A stretch of DNA of 64,000 nucleotides from the NCBI RefSeq assembly GCF_964194155.1, contig NC_135903.1, positions 26,660,001 to 26,724,000 of the forward strand. Reading direction: 5' to 3'. This DNA is from Cetorhinus maximus. Taxonomy: Eukaryota. Below, piece by piece: positions 1 through 13,670 of this stretch. Made by a program: the position numbers and the translations under genes. Under the pieces are notes generated by a model. The model was not told the DNA's origin. It ran no database searches and worked only from the letters and a program-made list of their open reading frames with translations. The stretch's first letter is position 1. Each line of letters starts with the position of its first letter.

Positions 1-1373
1 ATCAGGATTGTTTAGCAAGTGTTGTCCAACCATGGAATCACATCTAATGTTTAACACTATGTTTTGAGTTTTGCAAGCATAGGTACAATCAGTAAAATCA
101 GTACTTTGCTTGTTGCGAACAACCGAAGGGACATGCTGTTTGATATGATCCACCAGTCGTTGGGACGTATGACCTACATGCCTGACATCACACCAGCACT
201 GACACTTCATCACTCACACATGGGCATAGATTGGACGAGAAGACTTGCAAGAGAGACAGTCTATTAGCCGGGTATGAGCAATGCCATTGAAGTCATTATC
301 AAGTGCGAGTTATGCCGAGCATATGCCAAGTCAGCACAAAGCATCATTGATTCCATATAAAGTTCCTACCATCCATAGACCAAAATTGCATTCTACCTCT
401 TTCATGTTCATGGCGCTGACTTCATCATCATTGATGACTACTTTACCAAGTACCCCATTATTCGAAAATTGCACAATACGTCAAACACAGTTGTCACACA
501 CACTCACTAAGTGCTATCTTCAGTTTATTTGGAGTGCCTAGAGTAATCATGTTGGATAACAGTCTGCAATTCAATGGCATGCCATTTTAGGATATGTGTG
601 AGAAGTGGAATATTGATCACACTACTTCTTCTGCTCCTCATTATCCTAGATCTAAGGGCCTAGCTGAACGAATGATTAGCACGGTGAAATCCCTAATTCT
701 CAAATGTAGATGGACCAAGCAAGATCTATATATTGTAATGTTACCTCTGAAAGTGACACCTTTAAGTGCAACTATTCCATCACCACAAATCTCATGTTTG
801 GCAGACTAGTGTGTACCAATTTACTTACTCTTATCCATTCTACTTTCTCAGAAACTAAAGAGCAACTTTTAAAACTGCAAAAGAAGACGACTAATGTGCA
901 CAATAAAATTGCAAGTACAAAATTGCCAAGTTTACAGTTGAGACAACAAGTTTGCATCCAGGATCCCATAGAAGGTATGTGGCAACCAGCTGAGGTGATA
1001 GAATTTGTTCAGATCCAAGGTTCTATGAAGTCATTACACACAAAGACACAACGGTGAGGCATAACAGAGAACATATCAGATCCATTCCAGCTCCTCAACC
1101 ACTGTGCAATCCTATTGCATCTAGGACAAAATGCAAAATGCAGAAAGGAACAACATCCCCAACAACCCTATGAATCACTGTGAGCAATTAAGGAACCTGC
1201 AGACAAGTTTACCATTACATGATCTGGGCATATCAGCAGATTACCTGTACGCTTTAAAGACTCATAGATTCATCAGTTCTATACACTTATTTAATGGTGA
1301 CTAAACATGAACATGTATTATAAACAATTCTTCTTTGAAAGGTGGGGGGGGTATCTTTAAAAAGAAAGGGGGA
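1..1373 (+). mobile_element. Degenerate Gypsy-type LTR retrotransposon, 3' end of pol (integrase) and polypurine tract
   Basis: Broken ORFs give an integrase zinc-finger-like segment (LHHSHMGIDWTRRLARETVY) and a core segment (HTTSSAPHYPRSKGLAERMISTVKSLI). Multiple stops and frameshifts. Purine tract AAAAGAAAGGGGGA ends at 1373, directly before the LTR. Confidence 0.85.
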
Positions 1374-1597
1374 TGTTGTAACATGCCTTTAAGGGATATC
1401 AGCATGACAGCACTAGAAGGGTGATCCAGATTTTGTTTCACTTTTGCTTTGAGCAGAGCACACACACACAGCTCTGATGTCTTCCAGCTTTGTACCTATG
1501 TATAACTGTTCTCATACACCTAGTCTCAATAAATGAACCCGCAGCATGTTTACCCAACCCCTTATGAGTGATTAGGTATAATATCATTATAATAACA
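1374..1597 (+). repeat. 3' LTR of the Gypsy element (~224 bp)
   Basis: Starts TGTTGTA right after the PPT, ends ATAACA (TGTT...AACA termini), has an internal AATAAA near 1528. L2 sequence resumes at 1598. Confidence 0.7.
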
Positions 1598-2315
1598 TGA
1601 CCAGTCTTGGTGTCATATTTGATCCCGAGATGAGATTCCAATTTCATATTCGTGCTATCACTGAGACCACTTATTCCCTCCTCCATAACATCACCCAAAT
1701 TCACCCCGTCTCAGCTCATCTGCTGCAACCTTTATCAGTACATTCATTACCTCAAGACTTAACTAATTCAATGCACTCGTGCATGTGGGGTCTCCCACAT
1801 TCTGACATCCATAAATCTGAGGTCATTTAAAATTCTGCTGCCCGTGTCTTAACTGACAGCAAGTGTGTTCTGGTCTCACCCCTCTGCTTGTTGTCCCACA
1901 CTGGTTCTCATTCAAGCGACATCTTGATTTTAAAATTTTCATCTTTGTTTTCAAACCCTTCTGTTGCCTCATCCCTCCCTATCTCTGTAATCTCCTCCAG
2001 CCCCACAGCCCTCCCAAGACATCTGCCCTCATCTAACTCTGGCCACTTGTGCATCCCCCAGTTTAACTGCTCTACCATGGGTGGCTTCACTTGTCTAGGC
2101 CCTAATCTCTGCTATACCCTCCCTAAGCCTCTCCCCACCTCTGCCTCACTTTCCTCTTTTAAGGCACTCCTTAAAACCTAATTGTTTGTTCAAACTTTTG
2201 GTCATCTGACCTAATACCTCCTTATGTGGCTCGGTGTCATTCTTGGCTTTATAATATTTCTGTGAAGCACCTTGGGATGTTCATTACATTGAAGGCATTA
2301 TATAAATAAAAGTTC
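1598..2315 (+). mobile_element. L2-clade LINE 3' fragment (host of the Gypsy insertion)
   Basis: Translates as LGVIFDPEMRFQFHI and SLSSFKALLKT, typical of the L2 ORF2 C-terminus. 3' tail gtgaagcaccttgggatg...tataaataaaagtt. Confidence 0.75.
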
Positions 2316-2969
2316 TTAATTTCCTGCAGTTTCATCCCTTCGATTGCATTCACCGTCCTGGAGTTTTGCTATGACCATCTTTCTATTGAGTTCTTGAAAA
2401 TCTAATTTCCATAATGCAGTGCAGCACTCTCAGTTATTTCAGATTAACAGAAGTGTGTGCAAACTTTATCCAATATCTCTGACTGTTTCCGACAATAATG
2501 AATGATGGAGTTAACATTTCTGCAAAGTATGCTTTCTCTCTCAAAACACCGTTATTATTGTTGGTAAATGCTATATTATATTAAAGCATGTGATTTAACA
2601 GTTGTCCTTTGGGTAGGGGTAGGTACATTACAGAACTATATGAGAACCTTAATACTTTATAAATAGACAAATTATTTGAAGAATATACGCAAAGTTCTAT
2701 AAACCTAGCACAGCTTCACAAATAAAAGATACCTTCTCTAAAACCTATACCAATAGTGAAAGCTCTTAACCTTACAATACAGTAAAAATAAGAGGCAGAG
2801 AAATGTTATGATTTTTAGTAGTTTGAATATTTTAGATCTGGGAGATAACTTTGTCCTAATAGTTGACTGTATTAAGCGGGACTTCCTCAGTGGGCATAAG
2901 GTAGCAGAATAACCATATTCACCTTAAACCTTGCCATTTTGGAGAAAGACACTTTTTGAAGAAAGAAGG

Positions 2970-3400
2970 AAGTTGCATTTATATAGCACCTTTCATGACT
3001 TCAGGACATCAGAATGAATTTTAAAGCTACTAAGGTACTTTTGAAGTGTAGTTACTATTGTAATGTAGGGAAGTATGGCAACCAATTTATACACATCAAG
3101 CTCCCCCAAACTACAATACAATAATGACCAGTAATCTGTTTTCGCAATATTGGATGAGAGAGAAATTTTGACCAGAACAGCAGAGACAACTCCCCAGTCT
3201 TCATCAAATAGTATCCAAGGGATCATTATGCAAGAGGGCAGTTGAAGCCTTTGTTTAACATTGCATTCATAAGGTAGCACTTGTGACAGTGCAGCACTCG
3301 TGTATAATTACAGTGGAATGTCAGCCTAGATTGTGCTCCAGTCTCTGGAGTTGAACCACAACTTTGTGACTCAAAGGCAAGTGTGTTACCTCTCAACTAA
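2970..3400 (-). mobile_element. tRNA-derived SINE with Deu-like core (SacSINE1/DeuSINE-like)
   Basis: Reverse complement resembles the copy at 37400-37740 (tRNA-like head, gtgctgcactgtc core, aaattggttgcc...cacttcaaaagta tail). Confidence 0.6.
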
Positions 3401-3821
3401 TGTTCATAACATTTGAATAATTGGATGCCACAGGAGATTCTCATCACAATACCAACTTTAAGGGTTCTAATGCTTGTTATATGTTAAATAATTGTGACTA
3501 TGAAGTGAGGATCATGACTTTATACTCAGGCCAATTTTAAAATTAGCAAGTAGAAAATATATCTCTAAGGGTTATGGAGATGAGGGTCAGTTTTTCTTTT
3601 ACAATCATAGGGCATGATCTGAGATTATGTTGTAAACATATCTGCTTACTAATGCCACGATATGGAAAGTGAAGCAAGGATTGTATTAATCCTACAATAC
3701 TTACTGAAAGTCACCAAGAAAATTAGAAACTCCAGTGCAAGCTGCTCTCCACTAGGGAACATGAAATGCTGCAAGTCTGTTGTCTATCATAGTCCCAGGA
3801 ACCAGAACCTTACACTGCAAC

Positions 3822-4130
3822 AGTAGCATAGTGGTCATGTTACTGGACTAGTATTACAGAGGCCCGGACTAATGGTCCGGAGATATGAGTTCAAATCACC
3901 TCACAACAGGTGGGGGAATTTCAATGCTGTTTAAATAAACCTGGAATTAAAAGCTACCATCAGTAATGATGACCATGTAACTACCGATTGGCATAAAAAT
4001 TTGTTTGGTTCACTCACATGCTTAAGGGAAGGAAATCTGTTGTCCTTACTCTGTATGGCCTGTATATGGCTCCAGACCCACAGCAATGTATCTGGCTCTA
4101 AACTGCCCTCTGTAATGGCCAAGCAAGCCA
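3822..4130 (+). mobile_element. tRNA-derived SINE (family also at 5965-6130, 38680-39025, 47657-47850)
   Basis: Head gtagcatagtggtcatgttactggactagta...gagttcaaatc (A/B-box like), body gactccagacccacagcaatgtgg shared with other copies in the window. Confidence 0.65.
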
Positions 4131-4189
4131 TGCAGGTGCAACAAACAAAAGAAACAGCTGAGCATACTAAATGCAGCAACGGCTATTGG

Positions 4190-5900
4190 CCTTGACAACA
4201 TCCCAGTTGCAGTGCAGAAAACTTGTGCATCAAAACTAACTGTACCTCTAGCCAAGCATCCTATACAGCTACAACACTGGCATCTACCTGACAAAGTGGA
4301 AAATTGCCCAGATTTGTTCTGTCCACAAAAAAAAGGACAAATTCAGCCAATTATCACCCCATCAGTCTACTCTTAATCATCCGCAAAGTGATAGAAGGGG
4401 TCGAGGACAGTGCTATCATGTGGCAATAACCTGCTCACCGAGTTTGGGTTCCAACTTGGCCACTTGGTTCCAGACCTCATTACAACCTTGGCCCAAACAT
4501 GGACAAAAGAACTGAATTGCAGAGGTGAGGTGAGATTGACTGCCTGTGACCTCAAGAAGCCCTTGCAAAATTGAAGTGAATGGGAATCAGGGGAGAATGC
4601 TCCTTTGCCTGGAGTCACACATAGTACAGAGGAAGATGATTGTGGTTGTTGAAGGCCAATCAGCTCAGCCCAAAGACTTTGTTGCAGGTGTTCCTTAGGG
4701 CAGTTTCCTAGGCCCAACCATCTTCAGCTGCTTCACCAATGACCTTCCCTCCATCATTAAGTAAGCAGTGGGGATGATGATTGCACAGTGTTCAGTGTCA
4801 TTCACGACTCCCCTGATACTGAAGCACTCTGTTTCTGCATGCAGCAAGACCAGGACAACATTCACTTGGGCTGATTAGTGTGGCATGAATGTTACTTGCC
4901 ACATGCACCAGACAATGATCATCTCCAACAAAAAGAGAATCTAATCATCTCTCCTTGACACTCAACAGCATTACCATCAGTGAATGGATGTCCCTGGAAA
5001 GGGAGCACGCGGTGTCTACCGGCACCATCGAGGCCTTCCGTGCCCGGTGGGCACCGCGGGGACTGGGGTGTTTTGTTGACCCCTTTAATCACATCTTAGT
5101 TTGATGTTTTTAAGGTTCCTTTAAAAGTTCTTCCTTGATTTTACAGCTGACCTGACTTAGGGGCTGTGCTTGATTTCTCCCTTGTTTTTGCTAATTTAGT
5201 TTATTGTTTTGACTCAAAAGAGTTACCATCAGTGAAGCTCCCACCATCAACATCCTGCGGGGTGACCATTGGACAGAAGCTTAACTGCACCAGCCATGTA
5301 AATATTGTGATGACAAGAGAAGGTCAGAAGCTGGATATTCTGCAGTGAATGATTCATCTCCTGACTCCCCAAAGCCTGTCCACCATCTACAAGACACAAG
5401 TCAGGAGTGTGATGGAATACTCTTCACTTGCCCGGATAAGTGCAGCTCCAGCAACACTCATGAAGCTCAACACCAGGCAGCCTGTTTAACTAACAGTCCA
5501 TGCACCATTTTGAAAATTCATTCCTTCCACTGGTGCCTAGTGGCCGCAATATGTATCAACTACAAGATGCACTGCAGCAACTCACCAAGGCTTCTTCAAC
5601 AGCACCTCCCAAACTCGCAATTTCTACCACCTGCCACAAGGGCAACAGGCGCAAGGGAATGCTACCACATTTAAGATACCCTCCAAGTCACATATCATCT
5701 TGACTCGGAAACATATCAATGTTCCTTCATCGTTGCTGGGTCAAAATCCAGGAGCTCCCTCCCTAACAGAACTGTGGGTGTACCCACCCCAGGTAGACTG
5801 CAGCAATTCAAGGAGATGGCTCACCACCACCTTCTCGAGAGTAGTTAGAGATGGGCATTAAATGTTGGCCATGCTAATGAAGCCAACATGACAAAAATTA
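4190..5900 (+). mobile_element. Degenerate CR1/Jockey-group LINE, RT domain and 3' end
   Basis: Colinear with the less decayed copy at 58117-59575. Ends ccaccaccttctc...gatgggcattaaatgttggcc. Interrupted at 4985-5222. Confidence 0.8.
4985..5222 (+). mobile_element. 5'-truncated Tx1/L1-clade retrotransposon 3' end nested in a LINE
   Basis: Perfect 14-bp TSD TTACCATCAGTGAA at 4971-4984 and 5223-5236. Insert encodes SLEREHAVSTGTIEAFRARWAPRGLGCFVDPFNHILV*, resembling Tx1-type ORF2 C-termini, followed by a T-rich 3' UTR. Confidence 0.7.
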
Positions 5901-8900
5901 ATTTTTTGTTTTGAACCTTGCAGTCAAATCTAGTAAGTTTATTGACAATATACCTAATACCGTAACCTTATCCAGTCTGGCCTACCTGTGACTCCAGGCC
6001 CACAGCAATGTGGTTGGCTCTTAATTTCATTCTGCTATGTTCTAGCAAGCCACTCAGTTCAAGGCCAGTTAGGGATGAGCAGCAAATGCTGGCCTTACCA
6101 GAGACCCACGATCTATGAAAGAATTTTTAAAAAGACACTGGAGAATAATTGAGCCATAAACATGACCCAGGAGCACTTTTAGACTGCATACCTTCCATTT
6201 GATTTATACATGTATCCATTACACAAATATGCTTTCCAAAAGAGGATTTCCACCCTTTACACTTGGAAGCATGAGGTGTCAAAGTTCATCTGCTTTAGAT
6301 CAAATCTCCTCAAGACTATATCATTGTAAAAATTTTCTATTGTAGCTAAAGTTAAAATTTATTTTATGAATCTATTTTTTCCATTTGACCGACTATGCAT
6401 TTCAATATTTCGTGAAAAATCAAGCACCCTTACTTTCTCCAACACCCTATTTTTTCATATGATAATACCTTATTCTATTTAATAGTCATAACTAAATATT
6501 TAAACATTTGAAGGTATGGTGGTTGAAACCTTGCTGTAGCATTCTATACATTCCTTGGACTGCATGTATGATTATTGATGGGACCCTTTCCATTCCATTC
6601 CTTAAAACCCCATTTTCCTTACAACCAAATTTTCCAGCACAGAGTACATAACCAGGAAATAGTCCATAGAAACCAACCTTGAGTTAATTACTCTCAGTGA
6701 TCCTTTATCTTTATTAGAAGCTCTTCCACTATGATCCAAAAAGCAAATAAATTATTTTTTGTCTTTCTGTTTAGAACACCAATTATGCCAAGTGCTGATG
6801 TGGTACAGGATTTGAATAACATAATTCATAGATACACATTGTAGTCTAGAGCCTGAAATCTTTTTAGCTACTCATAACTTTTTAAAGATTTAATTTTAGT
6901 TATGGGGCATCTGTGGCAGAGTGATCATAGGCCATTTGGAGATGTCACTGTGATTTGGGAACCTTTAGTGGTCAAATGATGCATTGGCAAATTACTTTGC
7001 TGCATAAATTAGAAATAACCTTATCATTCTTCCTCGTTACTTTAATTCTGATCCTGTATGATATAATTTATAGCAAAAGAAGGAGGCCATTAAGCCCATC
7101 TTACTTGTGCTGGTGCTGACTTTTCAACTGAAGCCATCTATTCTGCCTCTTACATGCCCTTTCCCCTCATCTTTTGATGTCCTTATTCATGAATGAGTTC
7201 CAAGATCCCTTTATTACTCACAATAAGAGGTTGCAGTGGAAGAATTAATCCAAGCTGTTTTTTTTTGGTTCAAGCTGGTTTATTTTCAAGACAATTCCTC
7301 AGTGCTACTGACTTCCAAGTTGCTTCCACACAATGTGTTCCAGCTGTATCTTTTTATTCTATTTAGATAGGATAACCAATGCCCATCACCTGTTTAACTA
7401 GCAATTGTCTTTGACAAGGTGGTTGCCATATTGACACCCTTTTCAAACTTGGAATTGCAGAAATTCATGACCAGTGGCTGGAGATGAACATCAGGGCAGT
7501 GTGGAGTATCATGAGTAATGGACATTAGCAAACCCTATTTCTTTAATCATTATAGTTATGTAATAACTGAGGATTTCCACTATGATTATAAATGGCTTCT
7601 TTTTTTCCCCCAAGGCTTCTGGGGGTGGGGGTGGAGATGGGGGGGGGAACAGAAATAAAATGTACCAGTTTTATCATAAATTTGTTGTCATGTGGTACCC
7701 CAGGACCTTACATCAATAAATCATGCACCCGCATGAAAATAATCACACCTGGCTTCAGTCCTTCTGAATGATTCGTAAGGCAGAAATTGAAAATAATCGC
7801 ATGTTTGTAATAGATTATGTCAAAGTTCCCATTCTTAAACCATGAACATTGTTTCCTGAGGCTTGGATTTGTCTTCAACAGAAAATATTTCTGGAGACAC
7901 AAGCCTTTATGCAGTCATCGTCATGATGAACAGTTAACCTTGCCAAGCAGCTTCAAGAGGTTCTGGAATATCTTTAAGCCAGGAGTATCACTTTCTGAAG
8001 GTTTTCCCTTCACATTCTGGCACATTTTGCTTTGCCACACTGGCGATGTATCTGAAATGTGTCATCCTCCATGTTCAAGTACATGTCAGCAGCTCAAGAG
8101 TTATGACAGCATTGCATTGGTCAGGATAACAGCTCATTAAGTCTTCTTTCCAATATCTCAGCCTCAACAACAGCATTTCAAACAATATTGTGAATTGGCA
8201 AACTTCCCATGTATGCTGGGTGTAATCCAGTGGGCGCTGGGATCAAGCAATTCCTGAGAATGAAGGCATTTACCACGATTGCAAAACATGAACATCTGAT
8301 GAACATGAGAATCTTGCACTCCCATATTATTAGTTTATTAGTTCCCTAGATCTTGTCATTATTCCTAGCGGTTGATGTATTTAAAACAATGATAACAAAG
8401 GATTCTGGCTTGTGAAACACAAGGGCTATAGCTTAATTATGCAGCAATACAGGTCAAACATAACTAAGCTTCCTGAATTGCCAGATGTGTAATTAGGAGA
8501 GCTTTGGCCCCAAATACATTTGCATTGCAACCAGAAAAAAAACTCCATATAGTTCTAGTAGGTTGTGTGGTTTACACAACTTTGCTCTTAGTTATGGAAT
8601 ATAACAAGAATTTCACTTCTAAGATTATCTGATGAAGATGCAACAGATCTCCAATAACCTAAAGCAGGAATGTCAGACAATTGATAAGGATTAACAATTG
8701 ATAACTGCTAGTGGATGCCCTCAAGATAATTTTGATGTGATCGGTGGCAATCTAGGAACAAAAACAAAATTCAGACAAAATATTTTTAAAGAATAATTAC
8801 AAGTTATATTGATTTATAAAAAAAAATCAATATCCCACACCCAAAATTAACTTAGCTTAATAGAGCTTTCTGCCTCTGGCACAGGGTTTTGATTGTTTGA

Positions 8901-11900
8901 AGAAAGCAAAGAAAAATAAAATGTCCACAAATCCATTTTTAAATGTTGTTGTTGTAGTTATGTCTTGGTATTTCTGAAATGCAGCCGTGAGGCAGAGTTA
9001 CATGATTCTGAGTCCTCTCAGGGTATTAAGAGATCAAATTATGAAGTAATACTACTCGCCCAATTTTGATTGAACCCATCCTTCTGAATGAGAGGACATG
9101 GAGAGTCTCGTTCAGTACTTCCACTGTACCATGGAGAAGCTTCAATGAACTAAACAGGTCAGTGATGTTCTTCTGTGCTATTGCTGAAATTGATCCCCTG
9201 TGGTTTAAGTGCGTCTCATTTTGGGCCAGCTGAGGGACCATCAATTGTTCATCACTAATCCTGCTACCACTCTCACAAAGTTTGTTGTGTACAGTCATTA
9301 GGTCTAACAGGATCACCATTGCTTGCTTTCTCAACTCCTGTCCAACTTCAGATTTCACAGATTTTTGAGGCATGAATTATATATCCTTGCAGCAAAAGAT
9401 AAAACTAAGTCATGCAGTTTGCTAATTCCTGGCATTAATAAAATTAGAACATGCAGGCCATTTTAGATTAATAGTTTTTAAACAAACTGTGGAGTGTGCA
9501 GCATTAAAAATTTTTAAAATCATAATATAAAGAGATGGTGTAGCAGCAGTGTTGTGATGTATGATCACCTGTCAAATAGATAGATGATACATTACATCAA
9601 AGATCTAATTCCCTCAGTTAGAAAGTATATCAGTTGGACTTAATTCTGGGCTTCAATATAGTGCTGGACCAGAGATTCCATCTAGGCTGCATCTTGTAGC
9701 ATAGTGATCAGCTAAACCAGTGATTATTTCCTTCATTAGATTTTAGCAGATGTGCTGACTGGTCTGAAGTTTTTTCTATTAAAGACATCTTCTGATTGAC
9801 TGAGATAATTTCATATTTTAATCCCTATCCTTGGGATCCTGGTACTCAAATTGCAATACTTCTGGCTGAGATACTGGTGTTCTCTCACTTACTGGGGAGA
9901 GTGCACTCATTCTCTTTGGAATTTCCTGGCAAATTTTATCTTGGCCATCAGAGTTAATTTGGCTTCACCTTACCAAACATCTTCTCCACGTCTGTTCAAT
10001 GGCTAGTGCCACCACAGCAAGATAACTATGCAGAAGAACTAGCTTCATTCAATTTTGTCTAATGTAGGTCTTTAAAAACAGTTCCAGTACTCTATAAAAT
10101 ATTTTTAAATGATTTTCAACTCTGGCATGCATTAATGTCAAGATCTTGAATGTTTACATGCAAGAGTCTTTGATAAATCATTTGAAAGCTCCATACTTAT
10201 GCAAACTCAAAGCTTCTCCAAATATTATTTGCTTCTCCGGATGTCTTCCCCTTCTCTGTTCTCCTCTGCAAAGGTACTTCTTCATGTTGCAGTGTGGTTT
10301 CATGCATTCCCACAGCTCTCTGTTCAACTCACAATGGTGGTCATTATTCATGTGAAATCTTAGCCAATGAGTGCCATCTTCAATAGCATTGCAATTCAAC
10401 TCCCCCTGAACACACACCAATGCATTCCAATAGGAACCACTAGATATCGGTCAGGAGGGGGAAATCATGGCTGTTTTTTTCCTGTACCGCTTTTTTAGTT
10501 CAGAGGCACTGAGCCATTTGCACCACACTTTACATTGTCCCAGCTTAGATCAGTTAACTCAACACAAACAGAGCATTAAACCTGGAACCAATCTGGTGTT
10601 CATGGCTTGGTCCCATACTTGCTAGTACATTCACCCAATGAGGGATGCTGTTGACTCACAACATTTGGTAAACAACTCTGATCTTTTAGTCATGAATACC
10701 CCTGGCTAAGTAGTAGTGAAGTACTGTATAACGGTTTGCTGTTTGCCAGTTAACTGGTTAGAAATGGTAGACTTCATTTGTAACCATGATGCCTGTCCAC
10801 ACAGTGATTTGATTAGTACGTTACTGTGGTATGAGAAACAAGCAGGAATCCGAGTTCCAATGAGCGCAGTTTAAAAAAGGTTGATCCATAAGTGAGATTT
10901 TAAAATGTAGCCAGCTAAGGCCTGTTTTTCATGACATTTTGCATTTCACAGAATGAAAATGCTTGTTAAATGCAAACATATTGAGATCTAAAGGAGTGCG
11001 CTTCACTGCAGCCTCTTTTAAAGCGTTGTGATCTATGATTTCATCAAATACATACTTGAAATCGAGCCAAACCCGCAACAGCCAAACTATTCTACCCGCG
11101 GAAAGGAAAGAATGGATCTTTCCCAATCTTATCAGAATGAAACAAGATCACAAATATTCCTAAATACGGGAAGGACAAGGCTGACCCGAATTAGAGTTTG
11201 GAAAGGTTAAATCAACATTAAAACATTGGAGGAAAAAAAAAATACACCAGTGGATGTAAAACAGTTACATTGAGCATTTGTTTTTTAAAGTTAGTAGTTT
11301 ACAATTTTCCTAATCGTGCTCTTCACAAAGGGTAATCTTAACAGGGTTGGATTTGCAGTGAAATAATAGATTTGGTCATAAAAACACCCCATAAACAATC
11401 CATGCTGTTCTGTACTCAGTTGAAAAGAGGTTTCTGATGGCTTTGATCTCTGTTAAGTAGCTGAAGGACAAAGAGCACACATGTACCCAATCAACCAGCC
11501 TGGAAGCATGTTGCAGGAAAAGAGCGGCACTCCTGTTTCAGACTTGTCCAAATTTTTGTGAATTGTCAACCTTAAGTTTTCTGTTTGTACTGTTTTGACA
11601 AGCTCACCTTTTTTTTAAAAAAAAAGTTTTTAATTCAAATTAAGGCGAGTTGGCGATAGGTGAGTGTAGCAAATAGGACCCGTGAGAGTCATTCATTTCA
11701 CAAACATATTTTTAACAGGTAATTTTATCACCCAGGCTGCGTTGAGTACTGAATATTGCACCTCCCCATCTCATCGTCGCTTTCACATTTTCCACTTTTG
11801 GCTTTTTGTGGCGAGAATTGTGATTTCGTCGTCCTTTAATACCTGAGTCCGTGATTTTAAAAAAAAAAGCAAATGAGAGTGTCCGTTTGCCATTAATTAT

Positions 11901-13574
11901 TGTGAAAATTATTCTTTGATTATTTAATCTAAGGTTTGGGTACGTTTTACTAAAAATGCTGGAAGCACATTTATACTTGTATTCTTTTCGTTTGCTTGTA
12001 GTGAAAACTAAAATACGGTTTTTTGGTCTTTATTTAGTAAGTTCATTATTTAGAAGTGGCGGATTTTGGATGTAAATTCACCAAATGCAAATCCCGCTTT
12101 GTTTACAGCCGGAATGTCTTGGTGACCAGTTGCCATTTCTGTATCTTCATGCTGAAAATTCTGAAACCGCAGTTAATACATTGAATGATTTGCATTTAGG
12201 AGGGAAAATATTTTGAGGGTTGCAGAAAACGGATTTTCCCTTTGTTATATCAATATTCTTAAGTGACCGGCCTGTGTGAGAGGCGATCTGTTGACTTCTG
12301 TGACCCGCTTCTGTCCACCATCCTAATAAATTTTTTACCGAAATTGTGTTTCCCATTTAGTAACAAGTACAGGGTACTCGGGGGATCTTGCGGATGTTAA
12401 TTTAAGATCCTAACCATTTTACAACCGTTAATGTAAGCAGTACTTTTCCAAAAAAAATCAACAGAAATTTTAATTCAGAATCCGTTGTGGCTATTTCGCT
12501 TTTAGCGGAGCCTTTGCCATTTAAAGTGATCTTTAAGGGCAAATTAATTTCAACCTATTTCATTATAATCTGAGTTCCAACATCCGCAATATTGTTTATA
12601 GAAGTGGTTGGGCGCAATAGCCATTTGCACCACTAGATGTAGCTAGTGCACACTGCTAACTGCTTTCATCAAATCACTGTGACTGGAGAATTTGAGGATT
12701 TATAGATTAAACAGAAATACCATTAATAGAAATATTGTCGTGTTTTTCTCACAGACTGATGTAGGTAAAATTTTCTTTGACATAATAGTTTTATAGGAGA
12801 TCATTCTGGCAGGAAGGAGGGCAAGAGGTTTATCTAAACTCAAATCAGGGTGAGCAAACATTGATTTTAATTCCGGATATAACCCGTCGTATAAAATAAA
12901 TCAAATTACAGTTTATTGAGGGGCCTTTTGCCTACAGAGATGTTGATATTAAGTGTAACCTAAACTCCGCGGAGATGATTTAGCTAAACTCTACATCTGC
13001 CCAGGGATGCTGTCAGTGAACATTAATGAGGATTATCAAGAACCGGATCTAATCCTGCTCCTCCCCAGAGAAATATCATGAGAGAAAAAGGCAATGTATC
13101 ATTTCCACCTCCACCCCCCATCCCATAAACTAGGCTACCAGCCCCATTTTTCCATTTCATTCTCCGCACTAACCTCGATCTCCTGTTTATTCTGTTCCTA
13201 TTTCGAAGGAGCTCTCTCCCTCTCCCTGTCAAGCCCAATGTTAATAATCATGACCTCTCCGCCCAGACCCAACCTCTGATATTCCACTGTCCGATTCCCC
13301 CTGACCTTTCGATAATGCTTCCACTTCCTTGGATTTTTGCTCCGATCGGATTCGCCTTCGGGGTCACCGACCTCCTCTCTCCTACCCAGACCAGACAGCC
13401 TTGCTTCTTGTAACAGGAGCGGGGGAATGCAGAAACTCCCAATGCCAAAAACAAAAAACCGTGCAGTGCATCTGTCTGCTGACATGTGTTTTATTATGGA
13501 GTTGGTGAAAGAGATTTGGATTTGATATGTACATATAAAGGGGTCAAAGCACTTGGCCAATCACCCCTGAACTC

Positions 13575-13670
13575 CGAAGCACTGAAGAGTCATACAGACT
13601 CGAAACGTTAACTCTGTTTTTTTACCCCTCTCCACAGATGCTGTTAGACCTGCTGAGTGTTTCTGTTTGT
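13575..13670 (+). mobile_element. Penelope-like element terminal repeat fragment
   Basis: ctgaagagtcatacagactcgaaacgttaactctg...ctctccacagatgctgttagacctgctgagt; the same motif occurs at 34780, 42310, 45161 and 51340. Confidence 0.7.

Noticed and set aside
3822-3900. tRNA genes (also at 37400, 38680, 47657)
   Set aside because: The A/B-box-like heads continue into SINE bodies and do not form a complete cloverleaf.
1-13500. HDAC5 terminal exons expected from synteny
   Set aside because: No class IIa HDAC peptide was recognised on the plus strand; if present, the gene lies left of the window.
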